Origin: Eledone cirrhosa
Taxonomy: Eukaryota
Assembly: GCA_964016885.1 (NCBI GenBank)
Contig: OZ024741.1
Span: 167,214,001 to 167,278,000 of the forward strand
Reading direction: 5' to 3'
DNA length: 64,000 nt
Part shown: one piece after another, positions 61,715 to 64,000 of the stretch
How the letters are laid out: the number at the start of each line of letters is the position of its first letter
Position numbering within the stretch: the first letter of the stretch is position 1
Translations under genes and position numbers: made by a program
The notes under the pieces: generated by a model
Seen by the model: the letters and a program-made list of their open reading frames with translations, nothing else
The model's database searches: none
Told to the model about the DNA's origin: nothing

Positions 61715-61877
61715 CAAAGTTTGTTTTATAAATATTGACATAACCAGGAAGAAATTAACGGTTCAAGTTTTTCCTGTTATAAACATTTATATTTAGTTTT
61801 TCTGTTATAAACATTTATATTTGTTGAATTATCAACAAATTGAATATCCCTTTTGCTTATATATATATATATATATA

Positions 61878-62529
61878 GGGAAAAATTAGGAACAAGAGGG
61901 ATCAGATGTTGTTTACTCGAGAGAAGACTACGTTGGTATGGTCACGTGATGCGCATGAAAGATGACAGCTGTATAAAAAGGTGCAAGGCGATCAAAATAG
62001 ACGGGAGCCACGGAGTAGGCAGACCCAGAAAAACCTGGGATGACTTGATAAATTCCGACCTCACACACACACCTCTCCAAGACAATGTCACTGGACCGAG
62101 ATCTTTGGCGCTACACAGTAATACAGAAGACCTGCCTTGCCTAAGTACAAAGCAAAACCTACAGTCAGCAGGCACCTCTAACAAAAATACACCCCCGTCC
62201 CACTACCCCACACCATCCACACCACCCCTTTCAATGTAAAGTTATGTTGGTATCACAACATCCAGTCCGAAATAAATGAGGTCGTGTAGGTGTCACGACA
62301 AAAAAACACACAGTCCACGCTGTAATGTGGCCGTGTAGGCAACACGGTAAAAACCTCCCAGTTCCACACTGTAAATGTGGTTGGTGTTAGGAAGGGCATC
62401 CAGCCGTAGAAAACCCACCAGACAGTCTTATACGAGCAAGACAACCAATCTTGCCTCAAGTGGGAAAATTCCCGTCCAAACCCATGCAAGCGTGGAAGAT
62501 GGACGTTAAACGATGATGATGATGATGAT
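61878..62529 (+). mobile_element. RTE family A 3' end
   Basis: [21 protein letters not shown], 3' UTR and (GAT)n tail. Confidence 0.95.
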
Positions 62530-63019
62530 ATATATATATAAAACACAGGATTTATATTAACTTATAGATAGATGTGTTTGTGTGTTGAACCTGCTGGTAA
62601 TCTAGAAATAAGTCAAACTTAATATATATAATCTCAACACCCACATGTTCTATCCTATGTTTCTGTCAACACCTGTATATATATATATATAAACATTTCT
62701 TCCGATTTGAACTCAGACTGTAAAGGGACGTAACTATGCTAGAAAGCATGGTGTCTGACGCTCTACCGATTCTGCCAATCTACCAACCTATATATATATA
62801 TATATATATATTAATAATATGGACAAGGTATTAAATTTTCCTTATATCAATAAATGTAATGAAAATTTAACACCTCATCCATATCATTATTATTTCCATG
62901 GTCTGAGTTCAAATCCCGCCGAGGTTAACTGTGCCTTTTATCCTTACGGGGTCGATAAAATAAAGCACCAGTAATACACTGGGATAATTGCTGGCCTTGT
63001 GCCAAATGTAGAAATTACG

Positions 63020-63343
63020 CATTGTGTGCTCACTTGGGTGAACCTACAGTAACCTGGCATTACAATCCCTAAACTATAAAGCTGCTACATCTCCAAATTG
63101 CGAGATCACAGCCCCAATATTCTGGGCATGTGGTTTGAATGTCTCAGGAAAGAATCGCTGGACAAATTTTACAAGCAAAACCAACCAAACAAGATAGTTA
63201 GATAATATCCATGAGCTTGGCTGGTCAAACTTGGGGATCCAGCCGGAGCAGTTGAAGACGGTTGCTTCTGAAAGGTCCTGCTGGGGGGAGTGTTTGAGGA
63301 CTCTGCCCACATGACCCTGTCAGGAAAAAGTAGGAGAAGAAGA
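63020..63343 (+). mobile_element. 3' end of another RTE-group LINE
   Basis: Plus-frame remnants YSGHVV.MSQERIAGQILQAKP and LDNIHELGWSNLGIQPEQLKTVASERSCW; (AGA)n tail. Confidence 0.7.
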
Positions 63344-63353
63344 TTATATTATA

Positions 63354-63455
63354 CTAGCTGAGGTACCCGGCTTCGAACGGGAGAAGAGTTAAGAGAAAAC
63401 AACTGTATTGGATGTGTTGTCTGGTTTACTTACAGTATGAGGTGAGACCATAATG

Positions 63456-63490
<35 letters not shown>

Positions 63491-63830
63491 AATCATAAAA
63501 CTTCCTTACTAGGCTGGGGGAGTAAACTACCGATTAAATGGTAGCATTCGTTTTGGATTTTAAATGTGAAATAACCATAGTCAGTATGATCTTTGTTAAG
63601 CTCCAAAGGACGCCATCTGAAATGCAGCAATATACTGCATAACATCGCTTCTGAAATGTTTAGCTTCATTAGTATGATCTGTAAGTAGTACCTGGATAAA
63701 AGCTGGAGGGTCCTCTATCAGTGGAAGTCTGACATTTCCTCCTAAGCAACAGATGCCAAGTGTAATATTCATGCTACCAATTGTGACTTTAGGATCATTT
63801 CTATAACTCTTTTGATGGATCATATGAAAA
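63354..63830 (-). mobile_element. Internally deleted Helitron
   Basis: RepHel N-terminal motifs CCLGGNVRLP..PP..AKHFR...AAFQMASFGA and TFKIQ..YHLIGSLLP; 3' hairpin CCCG..CGGG followed by CTAG|T. Confidence 0.85.
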
Positions 63831-64000
63831 CGCAGCCCTTAGCTAGTTTATTCTGCCTTGAATAGTCATTTGTGATTGTATCTCTCTCTGTATAACAGCC
63901 TATCTCACTCTCTCTCTGCCTCTCCCCCAGTATGTGTGTGTGTGTTCGTTATGTCAGTCATCACAGAAATGTATGTATACTCACACACACAAACACTCAT

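Noticed and set aside
63074-63316. Minus-strand ORF with an apparently perfect splice acceptor
   Set aside because: The plus strand encodes an RTE C-terminus, and the pyrimidine tract is the complement of its (AGA)n tail.

Overview
AT-rich animal (metazoan) DNA that is almost entirely repeats. The SINE/RTE/microsatellite landscape resembles a coleoid cephalopod such as octopus, but that is inference only. Bases 1-19.2 kb are mostly C-interrupted (TA)n arrays, so the long YIYI ORFs are artefacts; RTE-group LINE pieces and foldback palindromes are embedded in these arrays. The rest holds RTE fragments, tRNA-derived SINEs, mariner, hAT and Tc1-type MITEs, Penelope-like elements (PLEs), a Helitron remnant and perhaps two small host exons on the minus strand. 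The main finding is the RTE-group LINE copy at 60283-61328. Compared with its sibling at 4581-5600 it carries roughly 80-90 sense-strand A-to-G changes (counted by eye), together with a target-site duplication (TSD), a tail and a twin-priming inversion. This pattern suggests an ADAR-hyperedited RNA that was reverse-transcribed into the germline. Also present are several minimal type I hammerhead ribozymes (four with an intact core) and a PHD finger inserted into the RT of an RTE family.
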